DNA of 63,216 bases, counting the filler, from Asterionella formosa (Eukaryota), in assembly GCA_002256025.1 (NCBI GenBank). It is 19 parts of 19 records of this genome, joined end to end, with 100 filler letters (N's around TTAATTAATTAA, not from the genome) between each part and the next. Parts side by side here need not be neighbours in the genome. Positions count along the whole stretch, not along the records: positions 32,338 to 52,471 come from NKIB01003454.1; positions 52,572 to 53,815 come from NKIB01003455.1; positions 53,916 to 55,158 come from NKIB01003456.1; positions 55,259 to 56,505 come from NKIB01003457.1; positions 56,606 to 57,848 come from NKIB01003458.1; positions 57,949 to 59,191 come from NKIB01003459.1; positions 59,292 to 60,533 come from NKIB01003461.1; positions 60,634 to 61,875 come from NKIB01003462.1; 11 more parts are not named here. One strand, written 5' to 3'. The stretch's first letter is position 1. Every line of letters starts with the position of its first letter. The notes below the pieces were generated by a model that ran no database searches, was not told the origin of the DNA, and saw only the letters and a program-made list of their open reading frames with translations. Below, in pieces: positions 51,122 to 61,975 of this stretch. Made by a program: the position numbers and the translations under genes.

Positions 51122-51900
51122 GATGATGCTGAGTGTAGTAACTATATACGCGATATGTATAGAATGTTGTATGTTATATGTGGTGCGACGACAGTATACC
51201 GATGGAGTTGATGATGCTCCTTCCATTTGCAAATGAGAATCAAGGATGTCAGCCACCGATTATTGCTAGTGTGCGCTTATTGACCACGCACGAGATCTTT
51301 TCTACATACATAAACAATAGTAAAAGATGATGAATTGATGGGTGATTTCAGCTGCCAGTGCCGGTATGTAGTCGTTGGAAGAAATGCGTGTCGACGGAAA
51401 ACCAACGGTGCTTGTAGCAAGTACGGTGCCAGTGCTCCGGTAAATAAATTTCTCAGCATTTATGGCAAGCATAGTGCGTAGAGTACCCGGTACCTGGTAC
51501 CAGGTACGTAAAGTTCTGCCAACTTGTTGAAGCTGATGTTATATGTATATTTCCTACTCAAATGGTTTATATTTACCGGGAGTTATTTATACCAAGTCTG
51601 GACTTGAGTCCAAAGTCTGACGCCACCAAGTCAGACTTGATGACAAATAACCACGGTTATTATAGTAGAGCAGTATTAATAACCTGGTTATTATATACCA
51701 AGTCAGAAACACTTTACACTATTATCCAGTGATGAACATCAGTATTGAACAGATTGTCGCTCACCATGATTATAGTCTTACCGGTGATACTACAGTACTG
51801 GCACCGGTATGGTAAATCCAATATTGTAGTAATTCTATCTTCCATTAAAATCACAAAACCATCATCCCAATCCATTCCTCCTGCTCCGAAGTCGTCATCA

Positions 51901-51945
51901 TCGTGATCGTGCTCATGCTCATGCTCATGCTCATGCTCATGCTCG
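51901..51945. repeat. (GCTCAT)n hexamer microsatellite
   Basis: About 6 GCTCAT units preceded by TCGTGA variants. Confidence 0.9.
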
Positions 51946-54039
51946 AGGCATAAATTCACGCCTTGTATCATTTGTCATTGTGGATTCTTTTTAGCAGGAG
52001 TGCGATGAGCCTTGGCTTTGCAGAACTTTTTCAAAAGCGACTGCTGTGAGAGCCACACCTCCTCGTCGTTGCGTTGTTGCTACGCAACCACGTCGTCTTC
52101 ATGTTATCCTTTGTTGTATCTTTTTGAGTGCACATTCAAATACAAATGCAAGGAACGTCGGCCTTTTTTGCACTTTGCTACAGATGCTCCACAAGTTTGC
52201 AAACATGAACCTTTCCGTTGCAGGCGATGACACAAAGGTTTTCAGGCCTGTCAATCGATGAAAATTGGTTGATAATTATGACATACAAAGCGGTTTTGTG
52301 ACTGCTCATCATCGCATGGCGGCTGCTCTGAATCCTAGAAGGACAGAGGAGGACATGATATCCTTTCATCATGATGCATGCAAAATGGTACTATTTTGAA
52401 TCTCTGGCCCAAATTAAACCTGAAACCGGGTTCAACATTGTATTGACACACTGCACAGCTGAATTTTCTTCNNNNNNNNNNNNNNNNNNNNNNNNNNNNN
52501 NNNNNNNNNNNNNNNTTAATTAATTAANNNNNNNNNNNNNNNNNNNNNNNNNNNNNNNNNNNNNNNNNNNNTCAGTTCTCTATGACTGTACTTCTCATGT
52601 CAGCCAGAGAATTGGATGGTGAATGTGGATTGGGTTAAAGATTTCCATTTTGGCCCCAGTCACATCTGGTGATTCAAGTTGAAGTCTACAAAACAATTGG
52701 TGATTCCAGGGCTTCCAACTCATGTTTTCGTCTTTCTTCTCTTTGTCTTCATTATCTTTGTTATCACAAAAATTATTGCTTTGAGCAGCACATTCGCTCA
52801 GCTTTGGCATAATTTCTTCATCAGTGACTTTTTTTATTTCTGTCTTCTTTGTAATTCTTGATAATTTTTAGCATATCGCCATTCTTGTATTCTTCTTGCT
52901 TCATGCACTGTAATTGCGCTCACTGCAGTAAAAAAGGGGTTTAACTTCTTTATTTCTTTTCTCTTGTTGCTGTCTTTACATGGTTCTCCTTCTGTTTGTG
53001 TTGGGTTGATACCATTGCCAAGAATTCCCCAATCTGTGTGTAGTGTTGTGTAAAACGCCGAATCAATATCCATGTAAGTGAGGTTTTCACTGCTCCTGCG
53101 TTAAACTTTGTTCGCTTTTCCATCTCCTCCTCCTCTTTTTGGATCCTCTTTCTGTCGGATTTCATTACTATCTTACTATGGTTTCATCCAACATGTATGA
53201 TTTGTTCTTTCTTTGCTTCATTGGCCGCTTGGATAGCGCCTTTCGTCAAGGTTGAATCGGTCGTTTCTAGGAATTATTAACTATCTGGAGCCAGTGATCC
53301 TTGTATCTTGTGCTGTACCACTAAATTCTGTGATCAGCACTGTAGTACTGTGGTAGTCTTTCGTAAACTCGCCTTTATACTTGGCAAAAAAGTGTGTCTT
53401 CTCGACGATATTATATTATATGGCTAATTCTTCTTCACGAAATAGGCAGGGTTGGGATTATTGATGCAAGCTGCATCATTCCCAGTGACTTTCAAAGCAG
53501 TAAAAGATTTCTCACAACTCTTGAGACTGGTACTACCAAAGGATGCACGAAAGCGTCTATGATCGGTCGGTTCACAAGTGTTTCGAGCTTGCCGCTCATC
53601 TAAGCAAGAAAGATGAAGACCCATGAAAAGAAATTCAGGAGAAGATAGATGAAATACTACCATTGTAATGGCAACAGAAAGAAAAAAGTTAGTATGATTT
53701 ATAGCCCATTTGTACTCCCCTATTTCTAGGTAAGTATTTCATTGTGCTACCTGCCGACAAGACCTGTGCTTCCCTAGTTTTGTTAGCATAGTAAGTGGCT
53801 GATGAGTCCCCAACCNNNNNNNNNNNNNNNNNNNNNNNNNNNNNNNNNNNNNNNNNNNNTTAATTAATTAANNNNNNNNNNNNNNNNNNNNNNNNNNNNN
53901 NNNNNNNNNNNNNNNTCTATTTCCGTTTAGACATTCCTCAGACTACCTAGTCTTCGGACACCTGTCGACATCAACAGCCTAACAGACACACTCTGACACC
54001 CTCCCCTGTTGATGCTCGACATACCACATCATCCTAATG

Positions 54040-54421
54040 TGTTGTCAAGAATATAGCATCAATGGCTATAATGAGTCACAAGGACTGTGGACTCGACTAT
54101 AGTCCAATGAGTCAAATGGTGCGTTCCCATGTCAAGAAGCTTGCTAACGAGATTGATGTCTTAGATCAATCAGAAGAAGGTTTACATCAACGAAAAGGGA
54201 ACACAAAGAACAGGTTCTCGAAGTGTGATGAATGGGATTGAAACTTAGTTTTAGTTTAATCTTATAATTAAGAAACAGTGAGAATTGACAGAGTAAGGTC
54301 AATAGCGAAAACTAGCACGAAGGCTAGCAGCAGAAAGAAGATAACAATACTAGTGGTATAGCAGGTAAGTTCTACGTAAGAGGAACCCGTCAGACGGGAA
54401 GGAGTACGAGACCTTTCAACA
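54040..54421 (+). mobile_element. Putative 5' LTR of a Copia element
   Basis: TGTTG...TTCAACA termini, TATA-like TTATAATT near 54262, ends 44 bp before the gag ATG. Confidence 0.65.
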
Positions 54422-54465
54422 CGCTTTAAAGCGTTCACTTTAAGGCCACAGGCTACTCAGGAACC

Positions 54466-55158
54466 ATGGGAAGTGACGAAGACACGTCAGTGAGGTTGCC
54501 GACATTCGATGGGCAAGATGCTAAATGGCACATGTGGAAAGCGAAGTTTCTCGCATACGCGTGCTACAAGAACTTTCAAGGAATACTTAACGGTGACGAA
54601 CTACCAAGAGGAGAGAAAGACCTAAAGGGCGATACGATCGTGTTGTCGGATGCTGACGAGAGACGCATCCGAAGGAGCAACACAGTTGCTTACGCAAGTC
54701 TGATAATGGCATGCCAGAGTGGGCCATTTGGACACGTAAATAATGCAAGAAGTGCCGAGTTTCCTACCGGCAATGCTAAAGAAGCATGGGACAAGCTCAT
54801 TTCTACGTATGAGTCAGGCAACATGGCGAATGTCATTGCCTTGTCCCACCAATGGACGAAGTGCACTCTAGGGGAAAACGAGAACCCCGACAGCTGGTAT
54901 GTGGAGTTGGATCGAATCCGGGAACGATTGGGCAATACGAGCTCCGCCGTTTCGGATGGTGCCTATGTGGCACACATGATCAACAACCTACCTGAAAGCT
55001 ACAAGAGTTTGGTAGTAGGAAGGTTCGGCCTGGCGCGCAACACGCTAACGGTCGAAGAGATTAAGACAGACATCCGGGACTACTACGATCTATATGTCCG
55101 GGATGACGTCAAAACGACTAACAAGAACAAGAGTGAACAGGCCTTCTACACGAAAGGG
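54466..55158 (+). mobile_element. Copia gag (UBN2-type), cut by contig end
   Basis: LPTFDG..W.MWK.KFLAYA, GNA..AW..L, ENPD.W, INNLP.SY; uninterrupted frame. Confidence 0.85.
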
Positions 55159-55435
55159 NNNNNNNNNNNNNNNNNNNNNNNNNNNNNNNNNNNNNNNNNN
55201 NNTTAATTAATTAANNNNNNNNNNNNNNNNNNNNNNNNNNNNNNNNNNNNNNNNNNNNAAGTCCGTATGGACGAGGTCGCCGATACATACCGGGTAGTGT
55301 CTAGCTTAAATAAGTCATATAAAGACATGGATGTATTTTATATAATTTGAGTAGACAACTCGGTGACACGATACCTGTGTATTACGAACGTACCCGAAAA
55401 TAAATCAACTCTCAGCGCAACCTTTTATGGCCATA

Positions 55436-55712
55436 CATATAGTCGTAGCTGTGTCCTGCACTGGTAGTTAACTAGCCCCTTCGACAAAGCTCGCGATGTA
55501 CATATACCGGTACTTGAGTACAGGGTAGACTGGGTACCAGGTACCAGTACATATAGTCGTAGCTTTGTTGTGCACCGGCACCTTCGACAAAAAAGCTATG
55601 TAGCGATGTACCGGTACTCGTTTAGACTGGGTACCAGGTACCTGGTACATAAAGTCGTCGCTATGTAGTGCAGTGGTAGTTAACTAGCACCTTCGACAAA
55701 GCTCAGTATATA
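55436..55712. repeat. Degenerate ~100-115-bp tandem repeat, ~2.6 copies
   Basis: CATATAGTCGTAGCT...CCTTCGACAAA...TAGACTGGGTACCAGGTACC recurs. Confidence 0.75.
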
Positions 55713-56909
55713 TACTGCCTTGTATAGAGTGGGTAATACCATCACCTCTAATAGCTTTGTCATGAAATGAAAGCCCTTGTTGTACCTCCCCAGTTTTCTA
55801 GTAATATGCATGTTAACATGCAAACCATGAAACTACTAGGAGATAAAATAGTTAATAACAATTGAGGTACTAAACAAGCAAAGTAAATACTAAAGACATT
55901 GCAAATTTCAAAATTTCAATGAAATTATCTAAACACACAGTAGTGAATGCCCACCAGTGCAACAATCTTTTATCAGATGCATGAGTATGTATGTCACTGT
56001 TTGGTCTTGGCCATATGGCTCATAAATTCGGTCTAGCTATTGCTGTGTTTGCAGGAGTAGTATCACCAGCACAAACTAGCATTGCAACTGTCTCCCACAG
56101 AATTTAGCACCAGCAGTAAATAAATTTCAGTCTACTCCTTTCAACCCTTGTAAATAGCCTTTCTGGCTTTTGCCCTCCAATCCCAACCTCCCATTCCTGT
56201 CAAAGAACAACTAGCATCTTTGGTGTCTTAGCCACTACTATTGTACTAGACTGGATCAACAGCCATTTTACTTTCCAAATCGTTTTACTTTGGGTTAAAG
56301 TACTGAAAGACTATTTAGGTTTAAGCAAATGATGGAATCTAATTTAATCAAGACAACGTTAAGCAATATTTTTCTTAAACTTTGTAGACAAGCATGCACA
56401 GTCCTTAATTCATATGTAGATGACTGCATGTGTCACTACAGAAGGAAAGAGATTTACCAGCATTAGTCTACTGGTACTATGTTAACAATATGCTGGTAAT
56501 AACAGNNNNNNNNNNNNNNNNNNNNNNNNNNNNNNNNNNNNNNNNNNNNTTAATTAATTAANNNNNNNNNNNNNNNNNNNNNNNNNNNNNNNNNNNNNNN
56601 NNNNNCCAAAAAGAAATAACGAATATTTCCACTCCACCATGATAATCAGGACGCACCCGCGAATGCGAATTATATAAATATATAACATGCATAACATAAT
56701 GTGTAACATTTTACATGACAATCACTCTGGTAAGTACAAAAACAGTGCCCTTCTACATATTCATATCAAAAACAAACAACCAGTACTTACATATTCATTC
56801 CCATACCAGTTTCCATCTGTAGGATTAGTCATACTGCGTACTACAGTTACATGTCCAGCCCTAGAGGGCTGGATGCTCTATAGGGATGACGCCTAGAGGC
56901 GTCTTCCCT

Positions 56910-57848
56910 TTACCCTAACCCTAACCCTAGCCCTAACCCTAACCCTAAGAAAAAGGTTGGTGATATATGAGCGTACAGAACCTTTTTTTTACCTGTCACC
57001 ATGTCTGAGGAAAGATCCTCACAAGCTCTAATCATACAGTTTAGTTTTCCAAAAAGTTCTAGATAGAACTCACTGTATTTCTTACAAGAAAGGATTGCCT
57101 TTTGTTCCTCCTGATCGTCAGAATCCTGGCTTGTTTTTTCAAGTAATATTTTCAATATTTCCTGATGCTTGGTTGTGAGTTGAAAACTAGATGCTTGATT
57201 TGACTTCTTGTCTTCAAAAGATTCAATGAGAATCTTAATACGTTCATTGTCTTCTTGTGTCTTTGCGATTAGCTTGACCAGATCTTCATGTACAATGCGC
57301 TCATTGTCTCCTTTTGTATTGGTGCCTTCCTGTAGCTGATTAATTAAAAACCTATCTTTGACAATGGGATTAGTTGGATTGTTACTGCTTGGCATTGGAG
57401 TGGTTGGGGAAGAAGGATGTGCTGCATTTGTTGTTGTTGTTGTTGTTGTTGATGATGTTGGCTGAGTTGTGTTGGCTGCTGTTGGTTTGCGGTTCTTGTT
57501 TCCATCAACCACTTTTTGAATATCATCTAGTAAATTATTATCAATTGAATTATTATCGAGATCAAGTGTAGTCAAGACAGTATTGACCCTGAGAACCTCT
57601 GCAATGGCCCTGGCTCCGTTAACACCAATTTTATTACTTCCGAGAACAAGTGTAGTCAAGACAGTATTGTCCTTGAGAGCCTCTGCCATGGCCTTGGCTC
57701 CATCAACACCAATTTTATTACTTTTGAGATAAAGTGTAGTCAAGACAGTATTGACCTTGAGAGCCTCTGCAATGGCCTTGGCTCCGTCATCACCAATTGA
57801 GTTGCGATAGAGAGAAAGTGTAGTCAAGACAGTATTGACCTTGAGTGC
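56910..57848 (-). CDS. Partial RNI-type leucine-rich-repeat protein, 5' end beyond the contig
   Basis: 28-aa (84-bp) repeats L..N.IG..GAKAIAEALKVNTVLTTL, Thr-rich linker, coiled-coil-like region; 3' end runs into a telomere-like repeat, so the true end is uncertain. Confidence 0.8.
   Translation of the reverse strand, partial: ALKVNTVLTTLSLYRNSIGDDGAKAIAEALKVNTVLTTLYLKSNKIGVDGAKAMAEALKDNTVLTTLVLGSNKIGVNGARAIAEVLRVNTVLTTLDLDNNSIDNNLLDDIQKVVDGNKNRKPTAANTTQPTSSTTTTTTTNAAHPSSPTTPMPSSNNPTNPIVKDRFLINQLQEGTNTKGDNERIVHEDLVKLIAKTQEDNERIKILIESFEDKKSNQASSFQLTTKHQEILKILLEKTSQDSDDQEEQKAILSCKKYSEFYLELFGKLNCMIRACEDLSSDMVTGKKKVLYAHISPTFFLGLGLGLGLGLG
56913..56948. repeat. Interstitial telomere-like repeat (CCCTAA)6
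   Basis: Six units, one of them CCCTAG. Confidence 0.92.
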
Positions 57849-57948
57849 NNNNNNNNNNNNNNNNNNNNNNNNNNNNNNNNNNNNNNNNNNNNTTAATTAA
57901 TTAANNNNNNNNNNNNNNNNNNNNNNNNNNNNNNNNNNNNNNNNNNNN

Positions 57949-59191
57949 ACCTGGGTTACACATTCCTCTCTCTGGCGAAAGCCAGCCTGGGCTCGGCTAA
58001 ACAGCCCTCGAGATTCCGCTTCCACATTTATCCTGGTACCAAGGATCACACACCCCACCTTGAGGACAGTGGCCATGAGCGAAATCCCCCGATAGTTGTT
58101 CATATCAGCCAAGTCCCCTTTCTTAGGTATTGAGACGACCAGTGACTCAGCCCACGACTGGGCCACCAGTCCCCTCTCATACGCAAAGTTGAGTAGGGTT
58201 CCTAGTGAGTCCGTCATTGGAGTGGATGGTGGCGGGGTGGGCTCCTCTTCCCGATAGTTTTGAAGGTGGGAAAGTAGGGCCCGTTCCTCCGCCAAACATG
58301 CCTGTAGCAGTTCAGTGGGTATCCCGTCACCGCCCGGAGCACGATGGCTCTTCATCTTCCTTAGGGCAGTCCAAATATCGTAGGTTGTGAAGGGTTCGTC
58401 CAGCGAACGGATCCCCTCATTTGCCTGTGGGTGCGGGTCAAATTTCTCCCAATATTGGGCCTCCTGGCTATGACCGGTTTCATCTGCTGCTAGAGAGGCA
58501 TAGTGCGCTCCCCAGGCCTGATGAATATCAGTCAAAGCTGTCAGCAGGCGTCCGTCCGGGCCAAGGACCGGTTGGACACCTGCGATGCTGCTCTTCTGGC
58601 GCCATCCTGCAGTCGCTGAGGCCCACCGCCAATAGTGGCGAGGTTTCTCGCGCATATTGACGTGAGCCTCCCTAATTGCCTTATACCATGCCCGCCTACC
58701 CGAGAGGCGGATCACCTTCCGCGCCCTCTCTTTGGCAGCCTTGTACATGTCCCCAAGCCGTGCTACATCTTCACGGTCTCCTCGCGACTCCGCCCTCCGG
58801 GTTTCCCGGAAAATCCTCCTTCGGGTCTCAATCGCCCGACGTACCTGTCCTGTCACTCTTGGTGGGTTTTGTCCCGCCACCCGTTGGTGGAGGTTCAGGT
58901 CCTCTGCCACCTGGTGACATGTTGTAGTGAACTTCTTGGCCATACCATCCAACCTTTCCTGGTGGTAACTGGTGGGGTTTTCGAGTGAATGTGAACACTC
59001 GATTACATCCTCCAGGTCCTCCTCCAGCGAGTCAGCTAGTGGCTGCCAATAGTTACTACTAGCCACGGTTACTTTGAGTTCCTTCTCCTCCATCACAATC
59101 CGCCGGTACAGTGATTCCGGCCGTGGTGGGGCAATCCCCATCTCTGGGATTCTGGTAAGCCCAGGTAGGTCCGCAACAACTGGGAAGTGGT
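57949..59191 (-). mobile_element. Non-LTR retrotransposon (LINE) ORF fragment, start of the RT domain
   Basis: RAPGGDGIPTE, W..S.VVSIPKKGD...NYRGISL, QAGFR. Confidence 0.9.
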
Positions 59192-59511
59192 NNNNNNNNN
59201 NNNNNNNNNNNNNNNNNNNNNNNNNNNNNNNNNNNTTAATTAATTAANNNNNNNNNNNNNNNNNNNNNNNNNNNNNNNNNNNNNNNNNNNNTGATTGTTG
59301 CAATTACAGTGGGACAGTAAATCATCATAGTTTTAGGATTGTATGATCGTGAAACTGAAAAGCGGTACCGGTAGTCGGAGTAATAAGCAAGCAATAGAAC
59401 ACCATAGTAAGTCATCATAGTTTTAGGATTGTATAAATAGAACACCATATGTCTATGACTGCTGCTACTACAGCGGGACAGTACCGGTAAATGAATTTAA
59501 GATCATCGAAC

Positions 59512-59766
59512 TTTAAGGAAGACAACGACAACAGCTGGTCGTGTTGCTGGTCCACTTTTAATGGCCGAAGAAGGAAGCGACGAAAAGATCACTATTACGA
59601 GCGGAACGAGAGAAATCGCTTACGACGCCAAGTCAAGACGATTCTTTGAGACAAACTTGCAGGAAGAAGAATGCATTCCTGACGAGGAATACTGTGTCGT
59701 CGATCCGGAAAGTGGGGAACTCATTCGTCTCACAGTAGCCGAAAAGGAGCGTATCTTTCTGGACGC
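59512..59766 (+). pseudogene. PGRL1: PGRL1 fragment truncated at FLDA by a junction
   Basis: MAEEG...CIPDEEYCVVD...EKERIFLDA, then switches to the sequence seen at 22483. Confidence 0.8.
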
Positions 59767-59895
59767 ACACTTCTGTCCGACTCGGTCGATGGAGCAAAAG
59801 AAACGACACCAGCGTCCGGTTATTTGCAAATGGCTGTACTTGATTAAAAACAAATAACCATTTTGTTAGTAACTATTTATGAGTAAAAAAATTTC

Positions 59896-60533
59896 TTACT
59901 TCCATCTTTCCCCATAGGAATCAAGCAAAAACGAAACTAGTGATGGAGGGATACGCTCTGTACCATTTGCTTTTGTGTTAATGGCATTTCCGAATCTTTT
60001 GCAAATAGCAACTGAGTTTTGCTCTGGAGTGGAACCAAGCGACAAATACATGTGAAGTCTCAATGCACCATTGCTTAGGTGATTATCCATAGCAACTGCA
60101 TGAACTGTATCACCTCGCATTAAGAAGATGTACTTGAAGGGAATGCGAAGAAGCATCGCATGTTGGTTTACATGTTCCATGGCATGTTGCTTGAATTCCG
60201 CTTTACCTGTACCTTTTCGATCTAAAATGAGGTTAGACTCAAATGACTCGCCATCCCAGACATTTATAGAGAAACCACCAGCACCTAGGGACATATCCAA
60301 TCCCCAAGGAAGGCACTTTTCGAAGTCATTGACTACCAGTTCTGCCTGCTGATAGTCAAAATGTGGCTCCTGAGGAACATTTGAGTGATTTACAGCAGTG
60401 TGCAACAATGTACAGGTGTGAGGCATAGTCTTCCTGACATAAGTTGCGTCACTTACAAGTGATTGCAGCACAGAACCGGAAATGACCATAGACAAAGTTT
60501 TCCAAAACATGTCGATATTGTTGGAAAGTAATG
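59896..60533 (-). CDS. Partial 2OG-Fe(II) oxygenase-like (PhyH/cupin-type) protein
   Basis: QEPHFDY (HxD), LMRGDTVHA (distal His), ALRLHMY (Arg); 5' end beyond the contig. Confidence 0.55.
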
Positions 60534-61370
60534 NNNNNNNNNNNNNNNNNNNNNNNNNNNNNNNNNNNNNNNNNNNNTTAATTAATTAANNNNNNNNNNN
60601 NNNNNNNNNNNNNNNNNNNNNNNNNNNNNNNNNTTATTTGTTAATCCTTGTGTGTAACTCGTTCTCCAAGTCGACACCAAAGTATACAATGAGGGTTAGT
60701 CGAGTTCTCTCATTATTGAGTTCTGATACATATATGATATAACACTAACCCTATATACATCTGTATTGATGCGCAAGATCGCTCACCTTGTACTGTAGTA
60801 GACGCTACCGTATTCCTCCTCCTACCTGGTACCAGTACCGCTACTACTAAAACGAAACAGATGCATGCCACATGATAGCGGGTTGATGGTGAGACAGAAA
60901 CATGTTACTTGTACTCCAGGTACCTGGTACCTATGCATGTATTGTGTTATGTCATGATGTAAACCTACACCGCCATTACACATGTAAAAATGCTACCTAC
61001 ATGTGGAGATATTATGATTTGCTGAACCCCCAATGTGGAGCGACTTATGATGCAGAGGGTCCATGTGGAGTTATTATGTCCGTGGATATATTGAGAGGAG
61101 GTTTACGGTATATTCATCAATGACCAAAATCCAGTACTGGTAAGTACTCCTGACAATAGACTTCTTGTAAGGGCCACTTATATCTGCACCTAAATGCTCT
61201 CACCGGCCATAGTCGCTTTGTTAGTTGCAACTTTAGGTACAGCCTTTGATTTTGCTTTAGCCAAGAAGAAAGCACATCCCTCACATGGCTGGTGTAGGGC
61301 TCAACTGGTCTCAATACATCTAAGACGCCGTTTACGGCACTTTTTCGAATTTATGTGTAAAGTGACGTAT

Positions 61371-61450
61371 TTATGCTACTTTTTTAAAATATTATGTTAC
61401 TTTTCTAAAATATTATGTTACTTTTTTGAAATATTATGCTACTTTTTCCC
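61371..61450. repeat. 21-bp tandem repeat, ~4 copies
   Basis: Unit TTATGYTACTTTTTTRAAATA. Confidence 0.88.
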
Positions 61451-61975
61451 TAATTTATTCGGGTTAAACAAAAATTTATTTCACTTATCGAATAATTATG
61501 TGATCACACCAATAATTATGTGTGTTCGTGACAATATATGTTGACCAACTAGCCATCGCAACAGTTTAAAAGCGAAATTATGCTGCTCTGCCGCAATATT
61601 ATGCTGCTTTCACCATATAATGAACGAAAGAGTCGCCAATTCCGATTCACTTATTATTTTTTCCGCTCCGACATATTTCTTTGATCTGAACTGGCAAAGA
61701 ATAACACATGCAAGAGGAAGATTCACACTGTAGAATTCAGCACACGTAGTAGTAGTAGTTGATGTTGTAGACACATAATTAAGTCATTGTTGATTGTAGA
61801 GATTACAATAGCCTGCCAGATTGGAAATAAAGCACCGTTGGTACTTGTTGAGCATCGTTGAGCATTGCATGTCTCNNNNNNNNNNNNNNNNNNNNNNNNN
61901 NNNNNNNNNNNNNNNNNNNTTAATTAATTAANNNNNNNNNNNNNNNNNNNNNNNNNNNNNNNNNNNNNNNNNNNN

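Noticed and set aside
51714..51971. His/Glu-repeat metal-binding protein
   Set aside because: Produced by a hexamer microsatellite in a short ORF with no other support
52572..53815. Short Lys/Glu-rich minus-strand ORFs
   Set aside because: Fragmented, no recognisable domain; probably decayed repeat
56913..56948. True chromosome end
   Set aside because: Only six units, with ~300 bp of non-telomeric DNA beyond them
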